Positions 33,522 to 42,268 of a stretch of DNA of 64,000 nt are shown piece by piece (the first letter of the stretch is position 1; each line of letters starts with the position of its first letter). The stretch lies in assembly GCA_046498265.1 (NCBI GenBank), contig JAWOBB010000044.1, positions 32,664-96,663 on the forward strand, in the 5' to 3' direction. The stretch comes from Dehalococcoidia bacterium (lineage in GTDB: Bacteria; Chloroflexota; Dehalococcoidia; SZUA-161; SpSt-899). The notes beneath the pieces are model-generated. The model ran no database searches. It was not told where the DNA came from and saw only the letters and a list, made by a program, of their open reading frames with translations. Made by a program: the position numbers and the translations under genes.

Positions 33522-34271
33522 TTGTTAATTGAGTATGAGGGAAGCCGATACCATGGATTTCAAGTTCAAAACGACGTCCCCACGATTCAGGGCGAATTGG
33601 AGAAAGCTATAACGAGTGTCAGCGGAGAATCACGGCGAATCCAGGGAGCAGGTCGTACCGACGCAGGGGTACATGCCCGAGGACAGGTAGCAGCCTTTGA
33701 TACGGATTCGGCATTGAGTCCGCTGGAGTGGGAAAAGGCACTTAACTTTTACCTGGAGAGTGACATAGCAGTCAGAGAGGCATGCCTGATGGAACCAAAT
33801 TTCGATCCCAGGCGAGATGCCCAGAATCGAAAGTATGAATATACCATCCTCAATCGCACGGCACGCTCGCCGTTAAATGACAAGTACAGTTATCATGTAG
33901 AGAGAAAACTTGACGTAGCCAGGATGAACGAAGCGGCGAAAACCATGGAAGGAGAACATGATTTTATCTCCTTTACCAACCAGGAAGGAAGTACCAAAAA
34001 TACGATTCGGAATGTCTACAGGGCCGGGGTAAGGAGAGAAGACGAATTTGTCAGGTTCGATATAAAGGCAAATGCCTTTTTGCCCCAACAGGTCAGGCGC
34101 ATTGTGGGCAGTTTGATAAAGATAGGGGCAGGAGATATTGATATAACAGAATTAAAGCAAATAATGGCATCAGGAATACCGGGAAGAGCTCGCGAAGTTG
34201 CACCGGCACATGGACTTTGCTTGATGAAGGTAAATTATCCTGAAATTGGATTTAGTCATGAAAACTTATAG
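33522..34271 (+). CDS. truA: tRNA pseudouridine(38-40) synthase
   Basis: [15 protein letters not shown]...RTDAGVHA. The ORF is called from TTG 33522. A non-canonical ATT at 33507, 6 nt after AAGGAG, would give the consensus-like N-terminus [12 protein letters not shown]. Confidence 0.85.
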   Translation: MLIEYEGSRYHGFQVQNDVPTIQGELEKAITSVSGESRRIQGAGRTDAGVHARGQVAAFDTDSALSPLEWEKALNFYLESDIAVREACLMEPNFDPRRDAQNRKYEYTILNRTARSPLNDKYSYHVERKLDVARMNEAAKTMEGEHDFISFTNQEGSTKNTIRNVYRAGVRREDEFVRFDIKANAFLPQQVRRIVGSLIKIGAGDIDITELKQIMASGIPGRAREVAPAHGLCLMKVNYPEIGFSHENL

Positions 34272-34695
34272 CACCACGAAATCTGAAATCAAACGAGAAT
34301 GGCACGTAATTGATGCTTCAGGGAAGACGCTTGGTCGGCTTGCCACGGAGATTGCACACCTGCTCAAAGGGAAGCATAAACCCATCTACTCTCGCCATCT
34401 CGATACAGGAGACTTCGTCATTGTGGTAAACGCTGCCAAAGTCAGAGTGACCGGGAACAAATCAAGACAGAAGATGTACTACCGTCACTCAGGATATCCC
34501 GGCGGATTAAAGCAGCGAAATTACGAACAGGTTATGGCAAAACATCCCACCAGAATCATTGAACACGCAGTGAAAGGCATGCTTCCCAAGAACGCGCTGG
34601 GCCGAGCCATGTTTCGCAAATTAAAAGTTTATGCCGGCCCAACTCATATCCACCAGGCCCAGATCAAAGAGCGGAGCATTGTTGAGGAGGGTTAG
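34258..34695 (+). CDS. rplM: 50S ribosomal protein L13
   Basis: Start at [20 protein letters not shown] (the ORF begins at 34246). It overlaps the truA end. Confidence 0.92.
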   Translation: MKTYSTTKSEIKREWHVIDASGKTLGRLATEIAHLLKGKHKPIYSRHLDTGDFVIVVNAAKVRVTGNKSRQKMYYRHSGYPGGLKQRNYEQVMAKHPTRIIEHAVKGMLPKNALGRAMFRKLKVYAGPTHIHQAQIKERSIVEEG

Positions 34696-34696
34696 T

Positions 34697-35092
34697 TTGG
34701 ACGGACAGGCATATCATTATGGAACGGGACGCAGGAAAACTGCTATTGCAAGGGTGAGGCTCTATCCCGGAAACGGCGCTTTTACCATAAATTCAAAACC
34801 CTTTGAAAAAACCTACGGAACGGAAAGTCTCAAACGCATCGTCCTGCAGCCATTCAAGGTTACCGATACCGTCGACAAATTCGACGTTGTAGCCAAAGTG
34901 CATGGCGGTGGGACTTCAGGACAGGTAGGCGCTATCAAGCACGGGATAAGTCGTGCCCTCCTGTCAGCAGATGAAAGTCTGAAACCCATACTCCGCAAAA
35001 ACGGGTTCCTTACCCGCGATTCCCGAATTAAAGAACGACAGAAATATGGCTTCCGTCGTGCACGTAAAAGGAAACAGTACCGCAAACGCTAG
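34697..35092 (+). CDS. rpsI: 30S ribosomal protein S9
   Basis: TTG at 34697, 6 nt after GGAGG, gives the S9-like N-terminus (M)DGQAYHYGTGRRK. The ORF track start ATG 34631 would overlap rplM by 65 nt and lacks an RBS. Confidence 0.8.
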   Translation: MDGQAYHYGTGRRKTAIARVRLYPGNGAFTINSKPFEKTYGTESLKRIVLQPFKVTDTVDKFDVVAKVHGGGTSGQVGAIKHGISRALLSADESLKPILRKNGFLTRDSRIKERQKYGFRRARKRKQYRKR

Positions 35093-35100
35093 TTTTTAAA

Positions 35101-35132
35101 GGCTCCCTATCAGCATGAAAGGGAGCCTTTTT
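35101..35132 (+). terminator. rho-independent terminator ending the alpha/L13-S9 operon
   Basis: GGCTCCCT...AGGGAGCC followed by TTTTT. Confidence 0.7.
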
Positions 35133-35215
35133 CAAAAACCGGTATCACACAAAAATATTTGCAACGAAGAACAGTTTCTTGGTAAAATCAAACGGTTTGG
35201 GGAATTAAAGCGAAC

Positions 35216-35734
35216 ATGTTAAACCATCCTGTTCTAGTCCTCAATCAAAATTGGGAGCCGCTTAATATTTGTCGGGTGAGGCGAGCCATTGTCTTGATTC
35301 TCAATGGTAAGGCAGAGGTCCTGCAAAATAACTCAAACCAAATTCGGAGCGCTACCCTTTCGATGATATCACCTTCAGTCGTACGTCTGGCTCATATGGT
35401 CAAACGCCCAAGGCCACATGTCAAACTCACTCGCCACCGAGTCTTCTCGCGCGACAATTATACCTGCCAATATTGCGGTAAACAAAGCAATGATTTGACC
35501 CTGGATCACGTTGTCCCTCGTTACCGAGGGGGAGAACATAGCTGGCACAATGTGGTAAGTGCCTGTAAAAACTGCAACCAACGCAAAGCAGGGCGAACAC
35601 CTGCTGAAGCTGGCATGAAGCTTATGAGGAAACCCTGTGAGCCCTCCGGCGGCACTTCTCATCTCATTTATCCGTTTAATACTCCACCGGAATGGCAGAG
35701 TTATCTGAGTTTCAATAAACTAACCGGGAGGTGA
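35216..35734 (+). CDS. HNH endonuclease (McrA-like)
   Basis: CQYCGK...LDHVVPRYRGGEHSWHNVVSACKNCNQRK HNH motif. Confidence 0.75.
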   Translation: MLNHPVLVLNQNWEPLNICRVRRAIVLILNGKAEVLQNNSNQIRSATLSMISPSVVRLAHMVKRPRPHVKLTRHRVFSRDNYTCQYCGKQSNDLTLDHVVPRYRGGEHSWHNVVSACKNCNQRKAGRTPAEAGMKLMRKPCEPSGGTSHLIYPFNTPPEWQSYLSFNKLTGR

Positions 35735-35810
35735 AATTTAAGGATATTTTTTTCTTTTTTTCATTTCCGTTGTCTTATGAGGAACTTTTTGTTAATATGA
35801 TGGCAAAAGA

Positions 35811-35886
35811 GGGGCTGTAGCTCAGCTGGGAGAGCGTCTGACTGGCAGTCAGAAGGTCGGGGGTTCGAGTCCCCCCAGCTCCACCA
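35811..35886 (+). tRNA. tRNA-Ala (anticodon GGC), CCA encoded
   Basis: Cloverleaf folded by hand. Acceptor stem GGGGCTG/CAGCTCC carries the G3:U70 Ala identity pair. Anticodon loop is CTGGCAG and the T-loop TTCGAGT. Confidence 0.9.
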
Positions 35887-35952
35887 GAAAAAGGCTTTCG
35901 CAAATCCGGTTGCAAAGCCAATCAAGATACAAAAGAAAGGAGGAGACAAAAT

Positions 35953-36600
35953 ATGAAAAAGCTGTTCCCGCTAGTGATAATGCTGGTAGCCATGCTTTTA
36001 GTAGTTGGTTGTGGTTGCGGGGATGATTCCACAGAGGAAGAAACTCCTGCACCGACCCCAACCATGACAGAGGAGCCAACACCCACAAGCTCACCGGAGC
36101 CCACTCCGGAAGTTACTCCTACAACTACGCCCACACAAGAAGCAACTCCTACGGCAACCCCGGAAGGGGATTCCGTTGAAGCGGTTCTGGCTCCCGTTTC
36201 AAGCTTAATCCTGGCCTATGCCGAGGTTAACGGGGAATGGCAAGGCTACCGCAATCCTGATGCTGGTAGTATTGCTACACTGGAAAGCGGCAGTGCGTAC
36301 TGGATCTATGCTGCCGAAGAGGTCATGCCCGAAGCGCCCGGCTTTGTGATGGCCTTGAACAAAGGATGGCAGGAAGCAGGCCCAATTGCCTGGATGGCAG
36401 AGGATTCCGCCGCTGCCACTGCTTTACAGGCAGATAAAGACAAGATTTTATTCGTGGTCGGGTTTGACAACCAGTCTAAAAAGTTTACCGCCTATATGAG
36501 CCCTTCCGTTTCCCCTATGACGGAAATTCTTCCCGGCCAGGAATACTGCGTCTTTGCCGGAAATCCCCCTGCTCCTCAAGAAACCTGCCAGACAAGATAA
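35953..36600 (+). CDS. secreted lipoprotein with Thr/Pro-rich linker
   Basis: Signal peptide with lipobox (LLVVGCGC), then a TPAPTPTMTEEPTPTSSPEPTPEVTPTTTPTQEATPTATP linker. Confidence 0.7.
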   Translation: MKKLFPLVIMLVAMLLVVGCGCGDDSTEEETPAPTPTMTEEPTPTSSPEPTPEVTPTTTPTQEATPTATPEGDSVEAVLAPVSSLILAYAEVNGEWQGYRNPDAGSIATLESGSAYWIYAAEEVMPEAPGFVMALNKGWQEAGPIAWMAEDSAAATALQADKDKILFVVGFDNQSKKFTAYMSPSVSPMTEILPGQEYCVFAGNPPAPQETCQTR

Positions 36601-36633
36601 AGCGGGATTTAAAAAGCAGATATTACCAAACAA

Positions 36634-36664
36634 GGACGCCGCCCTGTGGCACAGGGCGGCGTCC
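36634..36664. terminator. bidirectional terminator between lipoprotein and convergent CBS gene
   Basis: 13-bp GC-rich stem GGACGCCGCCCTG/CAGGGCGGCGTCC followed by TTTAT. Confidence 0.65.
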
Positions 36665-36691
36665 TTTATCTCAATAAGCTACCGGCCTCGC

Positions 36692-37342
36692 TTAGCAGGG
36701 TTCATATTCGCGCTCATTTGCATGGAATCCAATTTCCTTGAGCTTAACCAGGAGATCGATAGCACTTTCGGTATCCAGGTGAACGATCAAATCCCGACTC
36801 CCATCCTCATGAACCGCCACGGTATGCATTGCCTTTATCACTACATTAGTTTCCTTTAATACATCCATTACATTGATAACCTGCTCCGCCGAGTCCGCTC
36901 CGTAAATAATTATCCGCTTTCCTCTCTCACCGATACCAAGTAAAGGATTCAATATCTTATAAAAGAAATCGTTAGTGGTTAATATGCCTACCACCAGTTT
37001 ATCCTCAACTACAGGTAAGGCTCCTACGCCATGCTTTTGAGCAGTTGCCGCAGCGCATTCCACCGTAATGCCGGGGGTAACTGTGATCGGATCTTTCTGC
37101 ATTATATCTTTCACTGTCATCTTGGCCATCAGATAGTTGATTTCCCATATACTCAGAGAGGTAGCCTCGGTAGGCGCTGCTCGCTGAGTCTGGTTCTTTG
37201 ATACCATGCCAACCAACTTTCCTTTATCCACCACCGGCAGCCGCCTTACGTTATGTGTTTCCATGACTCTTCTCGCGTCCAGTATCGGCTTGTTGCTTGA
37301 TACGGTCACTACATTAGTAGTCATTATATCCCTTACCAGCAT
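36692..37342 (-). CDS. CBS-domain protein (tandem CBS pairs)
   Basis: Repeated CBS-like segments (VVTVSSNKPILDARRVMETHNVRRLPVV...). Confidence 0.7.
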   Translation of the reverse strand: MLVRDIMTTNVVTVSSNKPILDARRVMETHNVRRLPVVDKGKLVGMVSKNQTQRAAPTEATSLSIWEINYLMAKMTVKDIMQKDPITVTPGITVECAAATAQKHGVGALPVVEDKLVVGILTTNDFFYKILNPLLGIGERGKRIIIYGADSAEQVINVMDVLKETNVVIKAMHTVAVHEDGSRDLIVHLDTESAIDLLVKLKEIGFHANEREYEPC

Positions 37343-37590
37343 TCTTTCCTCCTTTTTAAAATTCCCCTACCTTGAAGATATGGGAGCAGCCTGACATGTT
37401 ATGTCAACTCAATCAGCGCTCGGTATCTATATCGATTCAAATGTTTATTCACATTGTACTACGGGGGGGCTTCTTTGTATACCATCAGGGTCACTGATTA
37501 GAAATCTCTTCGAATTGAAATAATGTATTCCAATCGGATCTCAAAAATTTTCCGACAACCAAGATGCAGCAGAACCTAAGTTTTCAAATA

Positions 37591-37619
37591 TTGCAGTTAA
37601 TTTGACAGGGCATTATAAT
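37591..37619 (+). promoter_or_regulatory. sigma70-like promoter (TTGCAG-17-TATAAT) for the usp-trkA-pheA genes
   Basis: Read directly. A small hairpin AGCACtaacGTGCT lies in the leader. Confidence 0.45.
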
Positions 37620-37667
37620 AGGCAAGGTAATTTAGCACTAACGTGCTGAGCAGGGAGTGAAAACCTT

Positions 37668-38117
37668 ATGGAATTCAAGAAAATCCTTGTTGCCATTAAC
37701 GGAACCAGGACTGATGAGGAAATTATCCCCATTGCCTGTGACCTGGCCAAAAAACATAAAGGCACAGTATTGGTTTCGTATGTAATACATATGGAGAGGA
37801 CCTTACCGCTGGATGCAGAGGTTAAAGAGGCAGTCGATAAAGCTGAGGAAGCTCTGAGTACAGCCGAATGTTGCGCCGAGAATTGCAACTACGAAATCAG
37901 CACTGACCTGCTTCAGGCCCGAGCTATAGGGCCCGCATTGATTGATGAAGCCGTTGAGAGGAACGTGGACCTTATCATTATAGCTATGGAATATGAAACC
38001 CGCTTTGGCGAATTCACTCTGGGAGAGATAGCCCCCTACGTATTGAAAAACGCTCCTTGCCATGTCCTTCTCTGGAGAGAAAGACTTCCCCAGCAGAAAC
38101 CGTCAGATGAACATTGA
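37668..38117 (+). CDS. universal stress protein (UspA family)
   Basis: ILVAINGTRTDEE...ATP-binding G-rich motif near the C-terminus. Confidence 0.8.
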   Translation: MEFKKILVAINGTRTDEEIIPIACDLAKKHKGTVLVSYVIHMERTLPLDAEVKEAVDKAEEALSTAECCAENCNYEISTDLLQARAIGPALIDEAVERNVDLIIIAMEYETRFGEFTLGEIAPYVLKNAPCHVLLWRERLPQQKPSDEH

Positions 38118-38129
38118 TGGAGGCCTAAG

Positions 38130-38528
38130 ATGAAAGTGGTGATAATGGGATGCAGCCGCGTTGGTGCTCACCTGGCCGGAATACTCGATTCCGAGGGGCA
38201 TAATGTCTCAATTCTAGATATTGACACTTACAGCTTCCGAAGGTTGCCCCCCGCTTACGGAGGGGAAGCATATACGGGCAGTGGTACCGATGAAGATGCC
38301 CTCATTCAAGCAGGAATCAGAGAAGCCAATCTGTTCGTAGCTGCAACCCAGGGAGACAATCGCAACATCATGGCTGCTCAGATAGCCAAACATATCTTCC
38401 ATGTTCCCAGAGCCGTCTGCCGAATCTATGATCCAATCCGGCAGGAGATGTATCAAGAACTGGGGCTGGAGTCCGTAAGCCCTACCATACTTGTGGCTGA
38501 CGCCATGCGCAAGGTAATCGGAGGCTAA
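38130..38528 (+). CDS. TrkA-N (NAD-binding) K+ transport regulatory protein
   Basis: MKVVIMGCSRVGAHLA Rossmann motif. Confidence 0.8.
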   Translation: MKVVIMGCSRVGAHLAGILDSEGHNVSILDIDTYSFRRLPPAYGGEAYTGSGTDEDALIQAGIREANLFVAATQGDNRNIMAAQIAKHIFHVPRAVCRIYDPIRQEMYQELGLESVSPTILVADAMRKVIGG

Positions 38529-38531
38529 AAA

Positions 38532-39194
38532 ATGTACATAATTGTCGCTGGGGGCGGTGAAGTAGGATACTATCTGGCCCGAATACTCCTCAAAGATGGG
38601 CATGAAATTCTGGTTATAGAAAGTGACGCAAAAAAGTGCGACTTGATTTCTGAAGATATGGGAGATGTGGTAGTGCGAGGCGATAGCTGTGAAGCCCGAA
38701 CCCTCGAAGAAGTAGGGGCCGGGCGGGCTGACATGCTCATCGCGGTAACCGGTGATGACGACGATAATCTGGTAACATGCCAGGTGGCCAAACACAAATT
38801 CAGCGTGCCCCAAACAATTGCCCGAATCAAAAACCCGCGTCGCAAGGAGTTATTCGAAAAACTCGGCATTGATCTCACTGTCTCCAGTACGGAACTGATT
38901 CTGGCACATATAGAACAGGAGCTTCCTTCACATCCTTTGGTACCACTGTTGAAGATGAAGCGTGGAAACCTTGAGGTGGTAGAAGTCAAGGTTGCTCCCG
39001 ATTCCAAAATGGTCGGCAAAAAACTGGGCGATTTCAAAATGCTGCCAAACAGCATGGTTTTCCTGGTAGTCGGGAACGAAAAAGGCCCCCAAATCCCTAC
39101 AATGGACACAGTACTGGAACCCGAAGATGAAATAATCGCCGTAACCGAGAGCGGCTCAGAAGAGAAGCTCCGCAACATTTTATCCGGTTTGTAG
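38532..39194 (+). CDS. TrkA family K+ transport regulatory protein (TrkA-N + TrkA-C)
   Basis: MYIIVAGGGEVGYYLA Rossmann motif plus a C-terminal RCK_C domain. Confidence 0.8.
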   Translation: MYIIVAGGGEVGYYLARILLKDGHEILVIESDAKKCDLISEDMGDVVVRGDSCEARTLEEVGAGRADMLIAVTGDDDDNLVTCQVAKHKFSVPQTIARIKNPRRKELFEKLGIDLTVSSTELILAHIEQELPSHPLVPLLKMKRGNLEVVEVKVAPDSKMVGKKLGDFKMLPNSMVFLVVGNEKGPQIPTMDTVLEPEDEIIAVTESGSEEKLRNILSGL

Positions 39195-39218
39195 AAAAAC
39201 CACCCCAAGGAGGAAGGT

Positions 39219-40052
39219 TTGTCCACGCTCAAGGTAGGATTTCAGGGCGAAAAAGGTTCCTTCAGCGAAGAGGCGGTACTACGCTATTTCGACCAGGCTG
39301 AACCTGTACCATTTCAGTTCCTGCCCCTGGTTTTTGCGGCAGTTGCTAATGCTGATGTCGACCACGGCGTGGTTCCGGTTGAAAACTCACAGGCAGGCAG
39401 TATCAATGATACCTACGACCTTCTACTCCAGCACAACCTGAACATTACCGGCGAGGTCCACCTGAGAATAAAACACTGCCTGCTTGCACTTCCAGGGGAA
39501 AAAATCGAGAATATTCAAACGATCTATTCCCATCCTCAGGCACTTTCCCAATGCGAGGAATTTCTGAGTTCCCTGAAAGCAAAACTCATCCCCACTTACG
39601 ATACCGCCGGCAGCGCTAAAATGATTAAGGAAGAAAACCTCGGAAACGCCGCAGCTATCGCCAGCAAGCGGGTCTCCGAAATCTACGGGATGGAACTGCT
39701 GGCTGAAGGCATCGAAACTAATCCCCAGAATTTTACTCGCTTTTTCGTTGTTTCACAAGATAAAGCCGAATACTCAACCGTCAGCAAAACTTCCATAATT
39801 TTTAGAACAAAAAATGTACCCGGAGCCCTTTATCAAAGTCTGGGGGCCTTTGCCAACCGGGGAATCAATTTAAGCAAACTGGAATCAAGGCCTGCCAGAG
39901 ATACCCTGTGGGAATACATTTTCTATGTGGATTTTGAGGGGCATGCCGAAGATGCCAGGTGCAAAGAGGCCCTGAAAGATCTGAGAACCGTCTGCAGTTT
40001 TATGAAATTATTGGGTTCTTATCCTCGTATGACACTTCCTGAGGACAATTAA
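39219..40052 (+). CDS. pheA: prephenate dehydratase
   Basis: TTG start after AAGGAGGAAGG. PDT domain plus a C-terminal ACT domain (ESRP motif). Confidence 0.85.
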   Translation: MSTLKVGFQGEKGSFSEEAVLRYFDQAEPVPFQFLPLVFAAVANADVDHGVVPVENSQAGSINDTYDLLLQHNLNITGEVHLRIKHCLLALPGEKIENIQTIYSHPQALSQCEEFLSSLKAKLIPTYDTAGSAKMIKEENLGNAAAIASKRVSEIYGMELLAEGIETNPQNFTRFFVVSQDKAEYSTVSKTSIIFRTKNVPGALYQSLGAFANRGINLSKLESRPARDTLWEYIFYVDFEGHAEDARCKEALKDLRTVCSFMKLLGSYPRMTLPEDN

Positions 40053-40088
40053 TCCAGTCTCGAAAAGCGCCCCACCCTCAAGTGCAGA

Positions 40089-40334
40089 TCAGAACTCCGT
40101 GTCTTCATGATTGGACTGAAGCTCAGATTCATGCTGCACCGCCCTCTCTTTCCCCTCCCGAATGGCCTCCCTGACAGAATCCCGGCTCTTTACTATAATG
40201 TCCCCTAATTTGCCCCCCAAAGTGTCTTTATCGCTTTTCTGTGAAATGAAAAAGGCCGCAATGGCACCAAGCACTCCACCAACAACCAGCCCGCTGAAGA
40301 AACCGGATTTTTTATTATCGCTCTTTTCACTCAT
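40089..40334 (-). CDS. YtxH-like small protein (DUF948 family)
   Basis: N-terminal TM GLVVGGVLGAIAAFF, then a charged helical tail. Confidence 0.6.
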   Translation of the reverse strand: MSEKSDNKKSGFFSGLVVGGVLGAIAAFFISQKSDKDTLGGKLGDIIVKSRDSVREAIREGKERAVQHESELQSNHEDTEF

Positions 40335-40647
40335 ACTTCTTTTCCTCTTTGCCGGTTAGTGAAGAAACAATCTCTATTATCTTGTGGATACCGGAAATCA
40401 GGCCCTGAGCTTTAGCCAGCGGTTGAACCACAGTACGCGAAATGAAAGAGGAAGTATCGCGCACGTTATCCACAGTTTCTCTGGTAGCATCCAGCACCCC
40501 TATCAATTTCATGGCAAGGATGACAGAAAAAGCAAGAATGACACAAACTACCACTGACCCTATACCCAGATAAACAATGAGTATCCAGTCTCTTATCAGT
40601 TCAACATCCATTTTGCTGTCTCCTTTCTCCCGGGGGGAATGAATCAC
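40327..40647 (-). CDS. DUF948-like small membrane protein
   Basis: GTG start; a single TM, then ...DATRETVDNVRDTS... Confidence 0.6.
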   Translation of the reverse strand: MIHSPREKGDSKMDVELIRDWILIVYLGIGSVVVCVILAFSVILAMKLIGVLDATRETVDNVRDTSSFISRTVVQPLAKAQGLISGIHKIIEIVSSLTGKEEKKYE

Positions 40648-40817
40648 TCACCACGAACGTTCTTCATTGTTTCCCTGGCGGCATCCATGATTTTCGTAAT
40701 CCGTAAGGCTATAATTATGGCAAAGGCAATAGTAACACACGAGGCTACAGAAGTTACCGCCAGGAAAATCACAATCAGCAAGTTGCGTAAAAATTCAACA
40801 TCCGTTGACTCCACCAT
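40644..40817 (-). CDS. unannotated 57-aa DUF948-like paralog (below the ORF-track cutoff)
   Basis: Hand-translated as MVESTDVEFLRNLLIVIFLAVTSVASCVTIAFAIIIALRITKIMDAARETMKNVRGE. It is clearly similar to the TM and DATRETV segments of the adjacent 106-aa protein. Confidence 0.5.
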   Translation of the reverse strand: MVESTDVEFLRNLLIVIFLAVTSVASCVTIAFAIIIALRITKIMDAARETMKNVRGE

Positions 40818-40896
40818 CGTCCTGCTCCTTCCTTTTCACCCTATAATATCACGGCGTTAAACCAACAGCAAATTCATTGTGAAGCGATAATCAACT

Positions 40897-42048
40897 TCAA
40901 GCCTTGTGCTGAAGATACTCACAAGCCCGATCAAGTTGAGGATCGACATCATTTTCGACATCCTCCGCGGTAACCTCAACCTCAATATCAGGGGTAATTC
41001 CCTTCTTATCTATCTGCCGTCCCTTCGGTGTATACCAGCGCGCAAACGTAACATACAGAGAACCTCCGTTGCTTAAATTATTTACCAGGCTCATACTTCC
41101 CTTTCCATAAGTAGTCGTACCTACAATCAAGCCACGATCGTGGTCCTGCAACGCCCCGGCTACCACCTCGCTTGCACTTGCACTGTATCCATTCACCAGT
41201 ACCGCCATCGGAATATCCAGGGCCAGGCCACCGGACTTAGCCCCCCACTCTTCCTTTTCCGATTCGTTATCCAGCGCATAAACCACCAGTCCCTCATCAA
41301 CAAACTGACTGACTACATCAACCGCAGCACTAACCAGGCCTCCTGGATTATCCCGCAAATCAAGCACTATACCTTCAACCCCCTGAGCACCAGCTTCTTC
41401 TAAAGCAGTTACTAACTCTTCATTTGTCCGGCTGGAAAAATTGGTTATGGTAATATGAGCGATACTTTCCGGCAGTATTTCCCAATTGACGCTCGGTACC
41501 TCTATTTCGGCACGGGTAATTACTACCTCTTCCGACTTATCGGCATCAGCATGCATCACCCTCAAAACAACTTCTGTTCCCTGTTCTCCACGTATCTTAA
41601 GCACCGCTTCCATCAGATTCATCTTGGAGGTCGGTTCTCCATCGACTTCCAGAATAACATCCCCGGCCTCAATGCCGGCTTTCTCCGCAGGAGAATCAGC
41701 TACGGGGGCCACAACCGTCAGCTTCTCATCTTCCATTGTAAGGGTTGCCCCGATACCGCTGAAGTCCCCTTCCAGTTCACTCGACGAGATCGCGGTTTCA
41801 TCAGGGCCCAGATAGGAAGTGTAGGGATCTTCTATCACCCCTATCATCCCCTCAATAGCACCTTCTATTAACAACTGATCATCAAGGTGCTCACTGTCGA
41901 CATATTCCTCATGTATAATCTCCCATGCCTGCTCTACAACATCGATTTCCTGCGAAGAATCCTCCACAGAAAAATTGATATCGCAAGCAGGGATTACCAG
42001 TAAAACCATTACTCCCAGTACCGCTGCCAGTTTGATGTAATTCTTCAT
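40897..42048 (-). CDS. ctpA: carboxyl-terminal processing protease (S41, PDZ domain)
   Basis: Start at MKNYIKLAAVLGVMVLLVIPAC, a signal peptide (the ORF extends to 42183). PDZ domain and S41 catalytic core are present. Confidence 0.85.
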   Translation of the reverse strand: MKNYIKLAAVLGVMVLLVIPACDINFSVEDSSQEIDVVEQAWEIIHEEYVDSEHLDDQLLIEGAIEGMIGVIEDPYTSYLGPDETAISSSELEGDFSGIGATLTMEDEKLTVVAPVADSPAEKAGIEAGDVILEVDGEPTSKMNLMEAVLKIRGEQGTEVVLRVMHADADKSEEVVITRAEIEVPSVNWEILPESIAHITITNFSSRTNEELVTALEEAGAQGVEGIVLDLRDNPGGLVSAAVDVVSQFVDEGLVVYALDNESEKEEWGAKSGGLALDIPMAVLVNGYSASASEVVAGALQDHDRGLIVGTTTYGKGSMSLVNNLSNGGSLYVTFARWYTPKGRQIDKKGITPDIEVEVTAEDVENDVDPQLDRACEYLQHKA

Positions 42049-42268
42049 AATGTGCAGCCCCCCTTCATATTTCCAGTCGAAAGTATGGTAGCACTCAGCA
42101 ACTGTCTTGACAACGTTACTCAATGAATCTATCCTAGAAATGTTGCCTTTTGGGATAATCAATAATCTGCCAGCAATTCCCAATTAATTTAGCTTCAGCT
42201 AAAGAAGGCCCAACCGAAGTCAGGGACTTTCCCTGAACTGTTTCTACGGAGTTGTTTTGGAGGACCCT

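Noticed and set aside
34631-34696. The ATG at 34631 as the rpsI start (ORF-track call).
   Set aside because: It would overlap rplM by 65 nt, lacks an RBS and adds 22 non-conserved residues. TTG 34697 after GGAGG matches the S9 N-terminus.
35761-36094. Two minus-strand ORFs (35761-35949 and 35849-36094) overlapping tRNA-Ala and the lipoprotein gene.
   Set aside because: They overlap a perfectly folding tRNA and a better-supported + strand gene. They are spurious.
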